From Kudoa neothunni (Eukaryota; Animalia; Cnidaria), in the NCBI GenBank assembly GCA_964304625.1, contig OZ199840.1:531284-595283 (forward strand): a stretch of DNA of 64,000 nucleotides, read 5' to 3'. Both the position numbers and the translations under genes were made by a program. The notes below the pieces were generated by a model. The model worked only from the letters and a program-made list of their open reading frames with translations, made no database searches and was not told the DNA's origin. Positions 1 through 12,915 of the stretch are shown here, one piece after another. Positions within the stretch are counted from its first letter, which is position 1. Every line of letters starts with the position of its first letter.

Positions 1-558
1 TCAAGGCAACCCAAACAACCTCCAATAACACTCATTCTGTATATAAGACATTGGGAATTGAAGCTGCACGTTCCACAATAATGAACGAAGTTGTTTACAC
101 CATGAAAAATCACGGCATGTCCATCGATTCGAGACATGTGATGTTGTTGGCAGACCTAATGACATACAAGGTAGGTGGATATGTTCATTAGTAGTTTGAA
201 TAAATTTGACTTATTTTTTAACTGATTCTTAGGGTGAAGTTCTTGGTATCACACGTTATGGTCTCTCTAAAATGAAGGATAGTGTTCTTATGTTGGCATC
301 GTTTGAAAAAACCTCTGACCATCTTTTTGACGCCGCATACTTTGGTGATTGCGATGATATCAATGGAGTCAGTGAGTCTATCATCATGGGAAGACCTATA
401 AAGTTGGGCACTGGTCTTTTTAAAAACTGCTCTACAAACCGGAAACTGATATTATAGTTTCGCCTTCTGTTTCAACCAATCCAACCGATACAAACAAAAA
501 CACAATGAGATCCTCCTTCTTTGAAGAAACCTTCAAAAGTGTCTCCACTGCAATTTGA
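1..558 (+). CDS. POLR3A: RNA polymerase III largest subunit (RPC1), 3' end (partial)
   Basis: Exon 1-170 ([40 protein letters not shown]), GT-AG intron 171-232, then [57 protein letters not shown] frameshift in the A-run at 422-426 leads to LLYKPE...[16 protein letters not shown] (TGA 556-558). Confidence 0.95.
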
Positions 559-1536
559 CGTGTACTAATTAAACTCACACATCTTTATCATTTGTAACAC
601 TGATGTTTATATTAGTATGTGTATTTTTCACTGAAGTGCGTATACCTTTCTTCACTAAATATTTAATAATTAAGGTATTTTACACCCTTTATCCATTTAA
701 TCCTATCGTAAAATCAATCTTCTTCCACAAAATGTATAATTTACATCGGTTGGTTGAATCTTTACGACCAGAAATTTATATAACCATGAAAAAACTATTA
801 TCAGCAAAACTGGAGTATTTATGCCCCATATTTTTATTCAATTTATAAAAATTGTGTATTAATGCATATTAATAAAGAAAATATGCTGGATTAGAAATAG
901 TAATTTTATTATTATGTTCTATCTCTTTTAGTACATCAATATTCAACAGAGTTCGATAATTTATGTTAACAAAATTTGTAGGTTGATAAATTTTGTACTC
1001 GTCGAAAGTCTAAACACTGTACATGGAATTTTATTATAGGGATTAAATTAGTTAATTATTGTTCAGAGCAACAATAAAATGAGAAAATATTACAAATAAT
1101 CATTCAAGGGGAAAGTATTTTTAGATAGGATAGGCCAATTATTGGGACTATTGCAATTGGAATTATTCCAAAGACAAACTTATAAGATAAATCATTTTTA
1201 TTTGTTTGTAAGTCGTCCATGTAAGCAATAGCTTTTTCCAAGGTTAATGTTTCGATGGGGGAACTTACAGTTGGGTAAATTATACGGTCGGCGGTTGGTT
1301 CAGAATTCTTGTAATAACCATACAATTCGAATAATTGAAATTAAATTCGATTATAATATTTATCAAAATATTGATTCATACAATTTAGATCGAACCCTTT
1401 CGCGCCATAATATTTATTTTACTTCGAGAATTTTCTATATTAAGTTATATCGAAATTAATACAATTCAACAATTTTTCATTTCAAAAATAAACAATTTAA
1501 CAATAATATAGATTATTATTTTAATCTGTCCATTAA

Positions 1537-2708
1537 GGGGGGAAATGGACACTTATTTACATTAGCAGCTACGCGCGCTAAAACACAGAAATCGAAATTT
1601 AAACGTATTATCGTAGGTGGTTGTGAAAGTTGTATAAAAATTACATTATTTCTTGATAAAACAAAATGTAAGAAGAAATGGTATAAATATAATTATAATT
1701 TGCTCAAATAAATATTAGATATCAAATTAAAGAAAATAAAACTACAGAAGTGGATGAAATTGCTGAAACCTGCTTAACTAAGTAATTTACTAATGACTCG
1801 TCTTAAGACTTGTATAATATACAAGTCTTAAGACGAATGAGCGAAAAATTGACGATAAATTCAGAACTTAAATAATCATATCGAATTTTTTATTTATCTT
1901 ATGTAGATTTAAAATTTCTCTCTAAAGCAAGAACAATGAGGCGACCTAATGGTTGTGATCTAACGGTCATTAGATTACCTAAAAAGCGAAACGAGAAAAT
2001 TAAATTCATATAATTATAAATAAATAAACAATATCATGTTTTTCAAAATATACATCCATCATAATAATTTGGTTTTCATTTTTATAAAATAGAAAACCGG
2101 CTACAAATCACAATTATTTGATATTAAAAACGTCTATATCCACTTATATAATAAAAATAATCGAGAAAAATATTATTGTTTGTTTTTTGCCAACATTAAT
2201 CAGGAAAATAGGATAGGATTGACAGAAACAAAATGGAACGCATTAGGGTATTTTTAGCATGTGCGCTAACTCTTAGTAAGTTCAAGTTTCCTCGTAATTT
2301 CTTATAAAAACTACAATACGTCAAATCAGTGTTATTTAAAAACCAACACATATACAAATTCTTTAAGAAAGTTATAACTTGTTTCATGTATAACCGAGCA
2401 ACTTGGAGGTAGAAAGTCAATTGATTTATTTAATAATAGTTCTTTTAGTGTTATATGTATATATGGAATTAAACTTTTGCTCCGAGCATTATTGTAGTTG
2501 TTATTCTCATCCGTTGCAATAGTCAGTCCGGGCATGGAGATTAAACTGATCCGATTCAATAGTCAATGCCCTTATGAAAATTAACCTTTAAGTAATAATT
2601 TGTATAGGATATTGAAAAAAATAGTTTTTTCATTTTTGTCTCCGCCGAAATAATTGGATTTAAACTGTATAAATAGCAAAAATGCCACCCGAAGAAAAAT
2701 AGTCACCC
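1537..2708. mobile_element. Degenerate DNA-transposon remnant; TTAA-GG...CC-TTAA ends (possibly Kolobok-like)
   Basis: Segments 1700-1815 and 1935-1990 match 25330-25760 in reverse complement. Flanks are TTAA|GGGGGG (1533) and CCC|TTAA (2706-2712), but the TIR match is weak. Confidence 0.4.
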
Positions 2709-3506
2709 TTAAGAACTTTATTTACAGATAATTTTAGAAAATTACTAAGCAATGATAAATCATATCCGATATTGAAAACATTTTAGATGTGTATTAATTG
2801 ATAGAATTCGGTGAGATCAAATAACGAGGTAAATTATATAAGAATAAACTCTTTAACCTCATTAACAAGCACAAATGAGAGAACTTAAAATGCTCACTAT
2901 TAATAAAAATTTGTATTAACTGTAGCTTTTGATAATAACTATAAAAAATTAATATGTAATCTCACAAGATTTATTTATCATTAAAAAGATTTTTTTATTA
3001 ATTTGAGAATCTCAGCTTAGTAAACTCGTGATAAAAAATTAAATTAATAGGCAAATTAAGCTATTTTTAAAAAAAATAAACTAAGTAAATTGATTTTATT
3101 ATTCTATTTCAAAATCAGTCTCAATTCTAATAATCTCGCAATTAAAAACGAAAATATGATTTAGGTTTTATCTTGAAAAATTCATTTGGCAAAAATCTCA
3201 ATATTTTAGCAAAAAATTCATATAATGAGGGTATTAAATTTATATTAATAACAATTTCATGTTAACATTTCTAAGTGGTCAAGAAGTTTTAATTTAAGAT
3301 TTAGAAAGTTGCTAATGGAACAACTATTTTATTCAAATATTAATAACTATTGTTCAATCATTTTTATTGTTAATGTGACAAGATAAATAGATTAAATACA
3401 TAAACAAATGTTGGGATTATTGTATGTATACCCACGTACAAATAGTTGAAGATCAAGAATTTACCTAATCTGATAGTAGAACAGTGTTATCACAGAGAAG
3501 TTTGAA

Positions 3507-5038
3507 ATGAGCGTAAATTTGCAAATACCATCAAGCTGCGATACTTCGAAATTGGATGATCACTCCAGAATGTGTTTAAATGCGCCCCCCGCTTACCGAA
3601 TGTTATCAACAAGTTAAATGCCTACTTTTAAGTAGGACGTTCTCTAATTGGTTTCTTTTGTTGTAGTCGTATTATTTTGAAGCCGCTCCACCAAGGATGC
3701 CATCATTACTTCTAAACAGTGGTATATATGTCCACAAAAAACACCCCCACCTATTTGAGACAACGTAATTGAATGGGACTACTTTTTAGAATTATGATTA
3801 TGAATAGTTTTTGCAAGAAAGGTTATTTTTTCGACATCCTAATTAATATCAAACATCCATCTATAAATGGATATGTTAGGTTTTGATGATAATATTTTCT
3901 CAATTCGCCACTATCTTCTCAGCCACACTGATGTCAATTTTTATGTATTTTCTTTTGAACAATAAATGAATGTGAACAATATAAATATTTAAATTCAATA
4001 CAAATGTGTTTTCTTACACAAAAAGAGATTATAATGGAATAAAGTTTTAAAACTTCTCATAGTGACGAATTATACGAGGGATTGAAATCAAATATGTTAC
4101 TTTTGTGGACTTCACTGTACGCTATTATCGTTTTTACTGATAGTAATTAATTTTTAAAAATTCTCAATAAAGGGGCATCTATTTGGGATTAATCTTAGTT
4201 GGAATTATACTCCAAAGTTCACTGTATGATGGTTTTGATTGCGTCCCCGTTTGAAGCGGTTTTAATTATTTTTCCACACAGGAAGAAACCAGTAATCAGC
4301 ATATTCTACATAGGATTGTTGGTAAATTAAGCTCAACAATTATTTTTTGATTACATCTTAGACAGCAGCTCAATGTGGGATTTTAATGACACTTACAGCG
4401 TAATTCTATCACATAAACTACTTACTTTCGCCCAAATTATAATCCAATACATATGTAGTACATTCCAAATCGAATATCTCCCTTTTAAACTTGGAACCAC
4501 CGCCGTATATATTTATTTTTATGGAGGATATATTTCTGAGATAATTTAATCGATGAATTAGATAGTGTTGATGATTCTAGTGTTACTTACCTTCCAAGAT
4601 AAAGTAATAGTTGTTGAAAGCTGAACATTTACTTCTAATATTACTCTAGTATGACTTAATGGGTGTGATATCATACTGGGCCATTTTTGGGGTATCCGCC
4701 ATCATATTTCCAACGTTAACTGTGTTCTTCCCTGTGGAGGTAAATTACAGATTGATGCTTTTGTCGTTCTATGGGTTATATATTTTGTTTGTTATAGCCC
4801 GAAGCTTACACTCTTACAATAATTCTGACATTAGTGCTTTGTGGAGTATATTTCTTCGAATATTTACACAATTGCGTATATTATATTGTAGATGATCGTG
4901 TTGGATTTGAAGATGCTATTACGAGGAAAACGTTACCAACTTTCCCATAATGATTATGGATACAGCGCTTTAACTATCAACTTAGATGTGCTACAATGGA
5001 TAATCATGACTATATCTGAGTTGAAGCCCAAGCAATAA
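3507..5038 (+). CDS. TMBIM/lifeguard (Bax inhibitor-1 family) multi-pass membrane protein, ~11 exons
   Basis: Spliced exons give a Pro-rich N-terminus, SFCKK-VLMIIFSQF, RKKPVISIFYIGLL-TAAQCGILMTLTATFQ..LGTTA-IVLMILVLLTFQDK-YDLMG, and final exon MIVLDLKMLLRGKRYQLSHNDYGYSALTINLDVLQW, matching the lifeguard consensus (DTQ..GGRKYELSPEEYIFAAL.LYLD). Some 5' exon junctions appear to need an indel. Confidence 0.8.
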
Positions 5039-6018
5039 ATCTCTTCTTTTTTACGCAACTTCTTTATTCAGTCCTTATAAGCTAAAGACCTACTTTTTCT
5101 TTAAGATACTTCTTCCTGACTCTTTATACATTGTCTTATGGACCTTGCGTAGTGTTTATATTAGAGTAAGATATTCTAATATAGTTTTAAACTAATAAAA
5201 GCTATCTCTTTGTCTAAATTTTCTTAATTTTACGTATGTTTGGTATCGGTAAACTTAATTAATGTTTGTTAGTTGATTTTAATGAATGGTGACTTGCCAC
5301 ATTTGAGTGGTCATGGCTAGTGTAAATTTTCCCAATGGAAACATTCAATTAAGGATATTTCAGCCTAGGAAAATTTGAATATTTAAATTTGTTTGTAAAA
5401 ATTCTTCAAATGTAACCATTTATTGAAATATGTAAATATTTTCTCATAGTAACAGAATTTCACTTCATCTTTACAACACGTTATAAAATATATTTTTTTA
5501 TATAAAATCGCGCAACTTTTTATTCATGGAAAATTTAATATGCACATAGATTTCTAAAATCAATTCTACAATCTCCGTAGTAATTGAAGGAATATTTATC
5601 ATAGGAAACATAGAGTATAGCTTAATAAACTCTCAAATTTTAATTCTTATATTTTTAATATTGATTATTAGTCTTATTTAATGATTTTGTTTGTTGTCCC
5701 CCAATAATATCATCAACAACAATTTACAAGTTACTGATATTTGTTAATGTATTGCTTCCATATTCAATGCGACAAAGGTAAAATCTTTCTTTATTTATGA
5801 TTTTGCGCTGTTTATAGAGAATATGAAAAGAATTGCCGAATATTCTATTCTAAATACAAAAAGTTTAATTGAAACGTTTACACTAAATTTATTCAAATAT
5901 AACTCGTTCCTACCAAATATCAATGTCTTTCAATAACTCCGGCATTTAAAAGTAATTTATTCAAATAATGACTTGTTTTGCTTTTAATTTTTAAAAATTA
6001 ATGCTTAGGTATTCAATA

Positions 6019-7507
6019 CAGTCGTGTCTCGATATTGCATAGTTGCCCAATATCTTTCGAATTTTCTAACTTTTTATCAATATGGATACTACTAAATAAT
6101 AATTACATTATATCTCGTAAAATATATGTAAAATTATTTATGATTAAAAAAATCAACATGAAATTGTCCACTATTGAGAAGTAATTTTGTATTGCGTAAC
6201 AATTCTGAAATTCGGAAAACCCGTTTTGATCCAACATTGCGAAATAAATTGGACCTTGTCAAGATTACGTAGGGATGTTGAGGAAAAGTTTAAAATTATC
6301 AGTGGTTGTCATGCGGTCGAATCAATGAATTGTTCAAAAATGGACCGTGCCGAAATTAAGTCTTAATAATAGAATAATCATATGTTTTGTTAATAAATAT
6401 ATTTTAAATATAAAGAATATCCAAACCTCGATAGAATATATTAGATAAAACAAAAAATTTCCAGCTGAGACATTTCTAATAAAAGAGAACATAAATGAAG
6501 GGGTGACTATAGTAGTGGTCTAATGGAAGAGCGAGCTATGCGTCAGTAACTATGATGATGAATGTCAAAAGGAAAATTTATTCGTATAAGTGTCTACATC
6601 TAAAATTCAGGAAGTCTTATTAATTCTTAAATAAATCTTTATAAGCGAATATCCAGGTCTGATTTGCATCCTAATATGGATCGAAAATCATCTATTCTAA
6701 AAGAAAGAAAAATGCAGATAAAAATGTCAGACTATTTCTCCAAAGATGAAATAAAGATGGAAAACTCTTTTTTTAGTATATGAATGAATTTAAGTTTAAA
6801 AACTATTCAATAAATTGTTTAATCCTGGTGTTCTTAACCGTTTTTTCAAATTTACCCCCTTAACTTGGAAACCAAATTCTTATTTACCCCAAAGTTCTAT
6901 ACGGGTTTAGATATAGCAGAAGCTATTGAGGGGTAAATTCTGGTCCCCCAAAAGCACGTATGCTTGCATTATGACAATTTTTAATCCCATCAACTCGCCT
7001 ACAAGCTGTATACAGTTTTTTTTAGATTTTTCAAAATAAAATTAATTCTTTCCCAATACTTCGCTCTTAGGGACTAGAAATAATTTAAAATAGTCAAAAT
7101 TAACGACATTTGAATATTATTTACCTTTAAAATAGTCATTTTAATTATTATTAGGCTACACCACTAAAAGATAAACAAGGCACAAAAATGGAGACTGAGA
7201 ATAGTTTTATAAATAGTCGTTAAAAACTTATTCCTGAAAACATTTTAAGAATTTTCCCCAAATCTTATTGAATTTGATAGCCCTGAACAATATAATTCCT
7301 TGGAAATACATCACAAAACCATAATACAAAAATTCTCTCTATCTAATTTCGATATTATAAAATTTACTCTCTGTCATTTAAATTTTCCCCCCGGTTTAAT
7401 CGATTTTTTGTATAATGCGCAAGCGTTTAATTCGATATCTTGTTTTAATTTTAAATTTGCAGTAAGTTGGCTGTTCCAATTTACTACGCAATATCGAGAC
7501 ACGACCG
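6019..7507. mobile_element. Non-autonomous Tc1/pogo-type element, copy 1
   Basis: TA|CAGTCGTGTCTCGATATTGCATAGT ... ACTACGCAATATCGAGACACGACCG|TA (TIRs plus TA duplication). Body is homologous to 18426-20014. Confidence 0.85.
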
Positions 7508-8234
7508 TATGTATTTTTGTAAGGATATAGTAGAAAAATTGGTATTTTTAAACATTTTATTTTCAGTACTTCAAAAATTATTATAAACTACTACAAAATA
7601 TTACTCTTACACTAGTTTACCTTAATGAATGAATGAATGAATGAGTCATCACATCAACAAATAACACGCCATCTTGGTGTAGCATTGTTTGGTAGACATC
7701 TAATTTAATATAACTTTAATTATAGGAAGTGGCTATTGCAACGGGAGGAAATTATTCCTAATAAATGATTTTTTCGCTAAATAATTAAGCCATTATAAAA
7801 GAAATCTAAGACAACAAATTTTCTTATTTTACGGTAAATAATGCAATGTCTACATTACCCAAAAAATTTTATATTTTTACTCTTGCGAGTCTAATATTCT
7901 ACATATTGAATGATCTATCTTTTCGCTATATAACGATATATTATTTTTTCATATTGCAATTTATTTGGTTATTAATAACATTAATAACACTAAGGAAATT
8001 TTTTATTTCCAGTGAGAATCGTTATTTCATGCATATAATTAATTCTTTTTTCTCTTTATAGAATTACCAACAACTATTAATATGGACGCTCAACGCTCTT
8101 TACTTTAGATGGACAAGATAACATCAAATCATAATCAATTAGCTCACAATAATTTATACACACCCTAAGATTTCGAGACGTTTTTCTTGCTTACTAGGAA
8201 TTATTCTTCCAGAAATAGGTTATTTTAGTCTTAA

Positions 8235-10657
8235 CCCTTTCGACCCGAAAAAAAAAATAAAAATTGAGAAAAAATATTGACCATTATATATCATTTCTAG
8301 ATACAACATTAAAATGGAATGCACGATCTTTGATTTAAAAGGTATTATAACTAATCAAATGACTGCATGATGCCATATGGCATCATTCGGCGACTCAAAT
8401 TGTAAGATAGTTGCCATTACGCATGTGTTTATTTTAAGCGAATATAAAAAACACTGATTTTATCAAAATAACTTAAAATTTATATATTGAACAATGAACA
8501 TTTATTTAGTATGATATGAAAAAAAACAATTTCTGCCACTATTGAGACATAGATGCAAGTTACATTTAATGCAAAAGATTCTGCAATACATGCCACATAA
8601 TTTGCACCTTTTTTTGGTTTGATCCATGTCTGGAAAATGAAAATATCCATCAAAACGAGCGTTAGAGGTTATTCCACTCTCACTAGTTTTATACCTTCTA
8701 GCGACTAAGATTGGAGTACTTAAAATTTTAGTTGAAGCAGACGGTCGACCTCTCTTTGGGATTAAGCTGACATTTTGACCAAAAAAAAGCAAGTCTTCAC
8801 TTACTTCGATGCAAAACTCTTGCAAATCCATCATTTGTTTGGTTTTTACACCAAGCAAATTACATTGCCTTCGGTAGAGAAGCCATCCATTTAGAAGGCA
8901 CAGATTTAAACACCAAAAAATATTCGGTTATACCATTTGCATGATTTGTGGTCCAAACGATACAAGACCATTAGCATGTCAAATAAATCAACACCACCCA
9001 TGTGTTTGTTGTACATTTTGACCATGTTGGGGTAGGTTATCGTTATCATATTCTTTGCTTTCTTGTCGAATCTAGGTATAGATAAGAGAGGAAACGCAGA
9101 GTAATAATAGGTTGACGATATGTTAACAATAGACCCATCAAGCCACCTTAAAACGTTAATTTTGGTCCCATTCAAATGGTAGATTCCAAACATGAAACTT
9201 CCTCGCTCTAACTTTTTCATATGTTTGTCATCCTTGAAGGGGCATTTATCCATGTGATTTTTTCTGATGGTGGAGGTTGAGAAATAACCGCGTGTTAACA
9301 ATTTGTCATGTAGACTAAAACTTGAGAAATAATTATCATAATATATATGATATGTTTTGTCGGGTAGAGTCTCGCAGAGCTTCATAAACAATATCGGATG
9401 ATTTTCTCCCAGTGCTTGTTTGAGGAATAATTGCAGGCTCACCATCAAAAAAGAAATCATGGATTATTCCACCTGCGCCGTTTCTTGTGTAAACTTTGAA
9501 ACCCCATTTTGTAGGTTTTGATGGAAGGTAACGTTTTAAATTTGATTTACCTTTGAATGGGATCATCTGTTCGTCAATCGACTGGTTGTACTCAGGTTCA
9601 ACTTTCAAACATGCTCGTCTTATTATATTAAGGACAGGCTTTATTTTATAAAATCGGTCGCATCCAGAATGGTCCGGTGATGTTACGGCGTTGTTGTTAT
9701 CGCAAAAATGAAGATACCGTAGTAGTAGCAGCCAGAACCTATCTCTGGTCATTCGCTCAACTGTAGTATTGTAGCTCAGCTTTTTCGACCAATAATTTTT
9801 GTACCTTGGCATTTTTACAATTGACATACGTATGAAAATCCCGATGAGCAAACGAATTTCTTCAACCGCTGTTTTAAATGTTGAATTTAAGAGAGAAGAA
9901 TATTTATTTGTTTCATTAGTTCTCAACTCAAATAGCTCATCAGTAAAGAACCGATTAAAATAAGAATAAGAATATGAATCCATAATGGTATTGTCAATAT
10001 CTTTAAACGATAATTCAGATTCATTTAATTGTGGCATTTCGATGAACTCATTAAAAATCCATCCTGTCTCTGAGACGGTCTCTTCTGAGTCACTTTCGTT
10101 TTCAGACAAGGAGCAGTCACTTGAAGAAATATTGTTTTCATCATTATCAGATTGATTTTCGGCATCAGACTTGTCAGGGTCTGGAAGCAGCACCAATTGT
10201 TTTACTACTCTACCTGATTTTGTTTTTTTCACGACAAAATTGGCATCCATCCCGAATCTTCACCCGATATCGTATGCGCTCCGAATGATGCCATATGGCA
10301 TCATTCGTTGTTTCATCTCCCGAACCCGCTATACATCATTATTTTTAAAATTCGATCTAATTTTCAAAATTTATTTGCTTAATAATAAATGACTATATTT
10401 TTTAGAATAAAAAATATAGATTCACTATTTTCGTAAATATCGATACAATAATCTATTATTTGTTAACACCGTTCCCGCATTTTGTTTCGTATTTTTTAAT
10501 GAATAAACAACATAAAATTCTAAATTCTAAAATTTATTTAATAAAGCATGTGTTATATTTTTATACAGCGATAGATTTAAACTATACATACAAAAATGGA
10601 ATAGATATTCCGACATCAATCTAATGATGCCATATGGCATCATTCGGGTCGAAAGGG
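8235..10657 (-). mobile_element. Full-length piggyBac transposon
   Basis: TTAA|CCCTTTCGACCCGAA ... TTCGGGTCGAAAGGG|TTAA (perfect 15-bp TIRs); internal transposase; three copies of the palindrome ATGATGCCATATGGCATCAT. Confidence 0.97.
8502..10250 (-). CDS. piggyBac transposase (PGBD-like), split by two 1-nt frameshifts
   Basis: SIDEQMIPFKG, YLPSKPTKWGFK, YYDNYFSS, YNKHMGGVDLFD (DDD triad) and Cys-rich C-terminus KRCKLC..CIKCNLHLC..CF..YH. Confidence 0.93.
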
Positions 10658-12706
10658 TTAAGATCAAGCTGGTGGTTTGTCTGATGGGAGTTTAATAATG
10701 CTATTTTAATTTTATAAAAATGGGTTTCTATTTGATGAATCTAAATCTTCATTTACAAATAATACTCACTAATTGTAATAATGCTTACAGACTTATTGTT
10801 TGAGGATATTTCTTTTAACTGAATCTAATTTGTCTTGCTGAACTTATTAGGTACTAAACACGTACAAAGTTAAGTAAGTGATATTACGTCAATTGAAAAT
10901 TTCATCTAACTTTAATGTTTATTGTTTCTGAATAACTACAATAAGTTTAGCCGATAATAATTAATTTTCAAGATCTCTTGTTCAGCATAAATCAATCTGA
11001 ATCAAAATAAAAAATTATCGATTTTATTTATAAATTAAGTGAAACATTTCTTTAAATAGAAAGAGTTATGTATTAGTACAAATTATTCGTCTTATTAACT
11101 CTGAGGATAAATATTTAATAAATAAGGTTATAATTTTCAATAATAGAACTTATAAAATCGGAGAGATGTTAACCAATACCATCAGTTTACTAACTCTTAC
11201 AAAATAGCGCGTTCTCCTGCACTTGGTAATTCATATTACAGAAAGCATACGATATACAGTAAATTTTTTCAATTATAATAGTTTATTGTTTTTGAATGCT
11301 TATGTTATTATTTCTGTGATCTATCACCTCAAAATGACGTTATGTAATAGCTCAATTTCCAGTAACAGCCTTGAAAATTCCACCGTACTATCTTTCCCCA
11401 AAAATTAGAAATTATTTAACAAAAAAAAATCTATTAGGAAAATGAGATTGAAATTTTTATAAACATGTTAGTTTAGGAGTAATTTCCTCCCGTCGCAATA
11501 GATAGTCCGAGCATGCAGAATAAACGGATCCGTTTCAATAACCACTTCCTTAATTTTATTAGGAACTATTTAGTAATAATGGCTTTAATATGGGGGACAA
11601 AATTTATCTACAAATACAATTTTTTCAACCTTCTAAAGGCGCTAAAAGGCATCTTCGGAGGTTTTTTGGGGTCAATTTGAACCCAGATTATTATTTGTTA
11701 AACTAGTTACAAAAAATATTATCAATTCAATAATCTGGTGTTTTCTATTTTTGTCGACTAATTTTGCGAGAAAACAATGTGAAATATAACAATTAATCTT
11801 ATTAAATCGTTTACGTAATTATTCGTTAGTTATTAGGAAATGATCGTAAAATGTAAACTACTGTTTAATAGCTAATTTATTGTTTAAAATAATAATTTGG
11901 TTTTTTTTGCGAAAAATATCGTCAATTTTAATCTCATATTTTATAACTTTAACTTAATTATTAAATGATTTTCTTTTATCATAAATAGAATATTTTAAAA
12001 ATTTATTTGGTTTTTTATAAATAATACGACAGACATAATAAGAGGATGGTAACAAATATAAGTCCTAGCACGTGCAATACATTATCAAAATCTATTTATT
12101 ATAAATTGATATTGTTAACTAATAAAGTTCTCTCTTCCGTAGAATTTCAGATTATCAATGCTCTCAGTGTTTAGATTAGGGCTATTAATTCGACGAGCGA
12201 ACTGTAATGTTGTAAATATCTTCAAGTTTTAATAGCTAATTTTAATTTGACGTGTACTTTCTAAAAATGATAATTTCGTGTAAATATTTTTCATACACAA
12301 ATATTTATATATTAGATAATTAAAAATAAAAAAATTGATGGAGTTCAATCTCTCTGTACCACGTAATTAAACAGACTCAAGAAATAGATAAATGGATGTG
12401 TGTCTAAAATTTAGAGGTTAGAGAAATTCATTGGTATCTGTCAGATTTTTAAATTAAAGAATTTTTCATATGCAAGTTAACATATAAAAACCCAGGAATG
12501 AGCATTGCATGATTAGAACTCGTATTGATCATTTCTGGCCAGGTGACATAGTTAAGTATAATTTTTAACGTTTTTCGTCTTGAAATATGCTATGCTACTC
12601 ATAGCATAACAATATTTAACTTTAGTAAATATAAAATTTATACTAGATAAATATATGTCGAGTCTAAGAATTAAAAAGACCATTTAATCTCGAGGATTTC
12701 CTACAC

Positions 12707-12745
12707 GGCACAGGTGCGCGTTTTCCAGCACTGCCCAAAACTAGT
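12707..12745 (+). mobile_element. Possible Helitron 3' terminus
   Basis: GC-rich imperfect hairpin GGCA(CAG)GTGC...GCACTGCC followed by AAAA-CTAG|T. Confidence 0.4.
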
Positions 12746-12915
12746 CAAAAAATCAGTCATAACCAATGATTAATAAACACTGGTATAAACGATGATCATT
12801 GATGAATCCTTAATTCATGCATCACACGCACACAGATTCATGCACAGAGTCAACTAAGAATAGGATTTACATTGGAATCCAACTTCAACAATTTGTCTAA
12901 CTAATAATAATAAAA

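Larger units (their letters stand above)
7725..11549. mobile_element. DNA transposon with GGAAGTGGCTATTGCAACGG TIRs and 9-bp TSD (Merlin- or MULE-like); hosts the piggyBac
   Basis: Left GGAAGTGGCTATTGCAACGG, right CCGTTTCAATAACCACTTCC. Flanks are TTAATTATA / TTAATTTTA (8/9). An extra inner TIR copy lies near 11476-11500. Confidence 0.7.
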
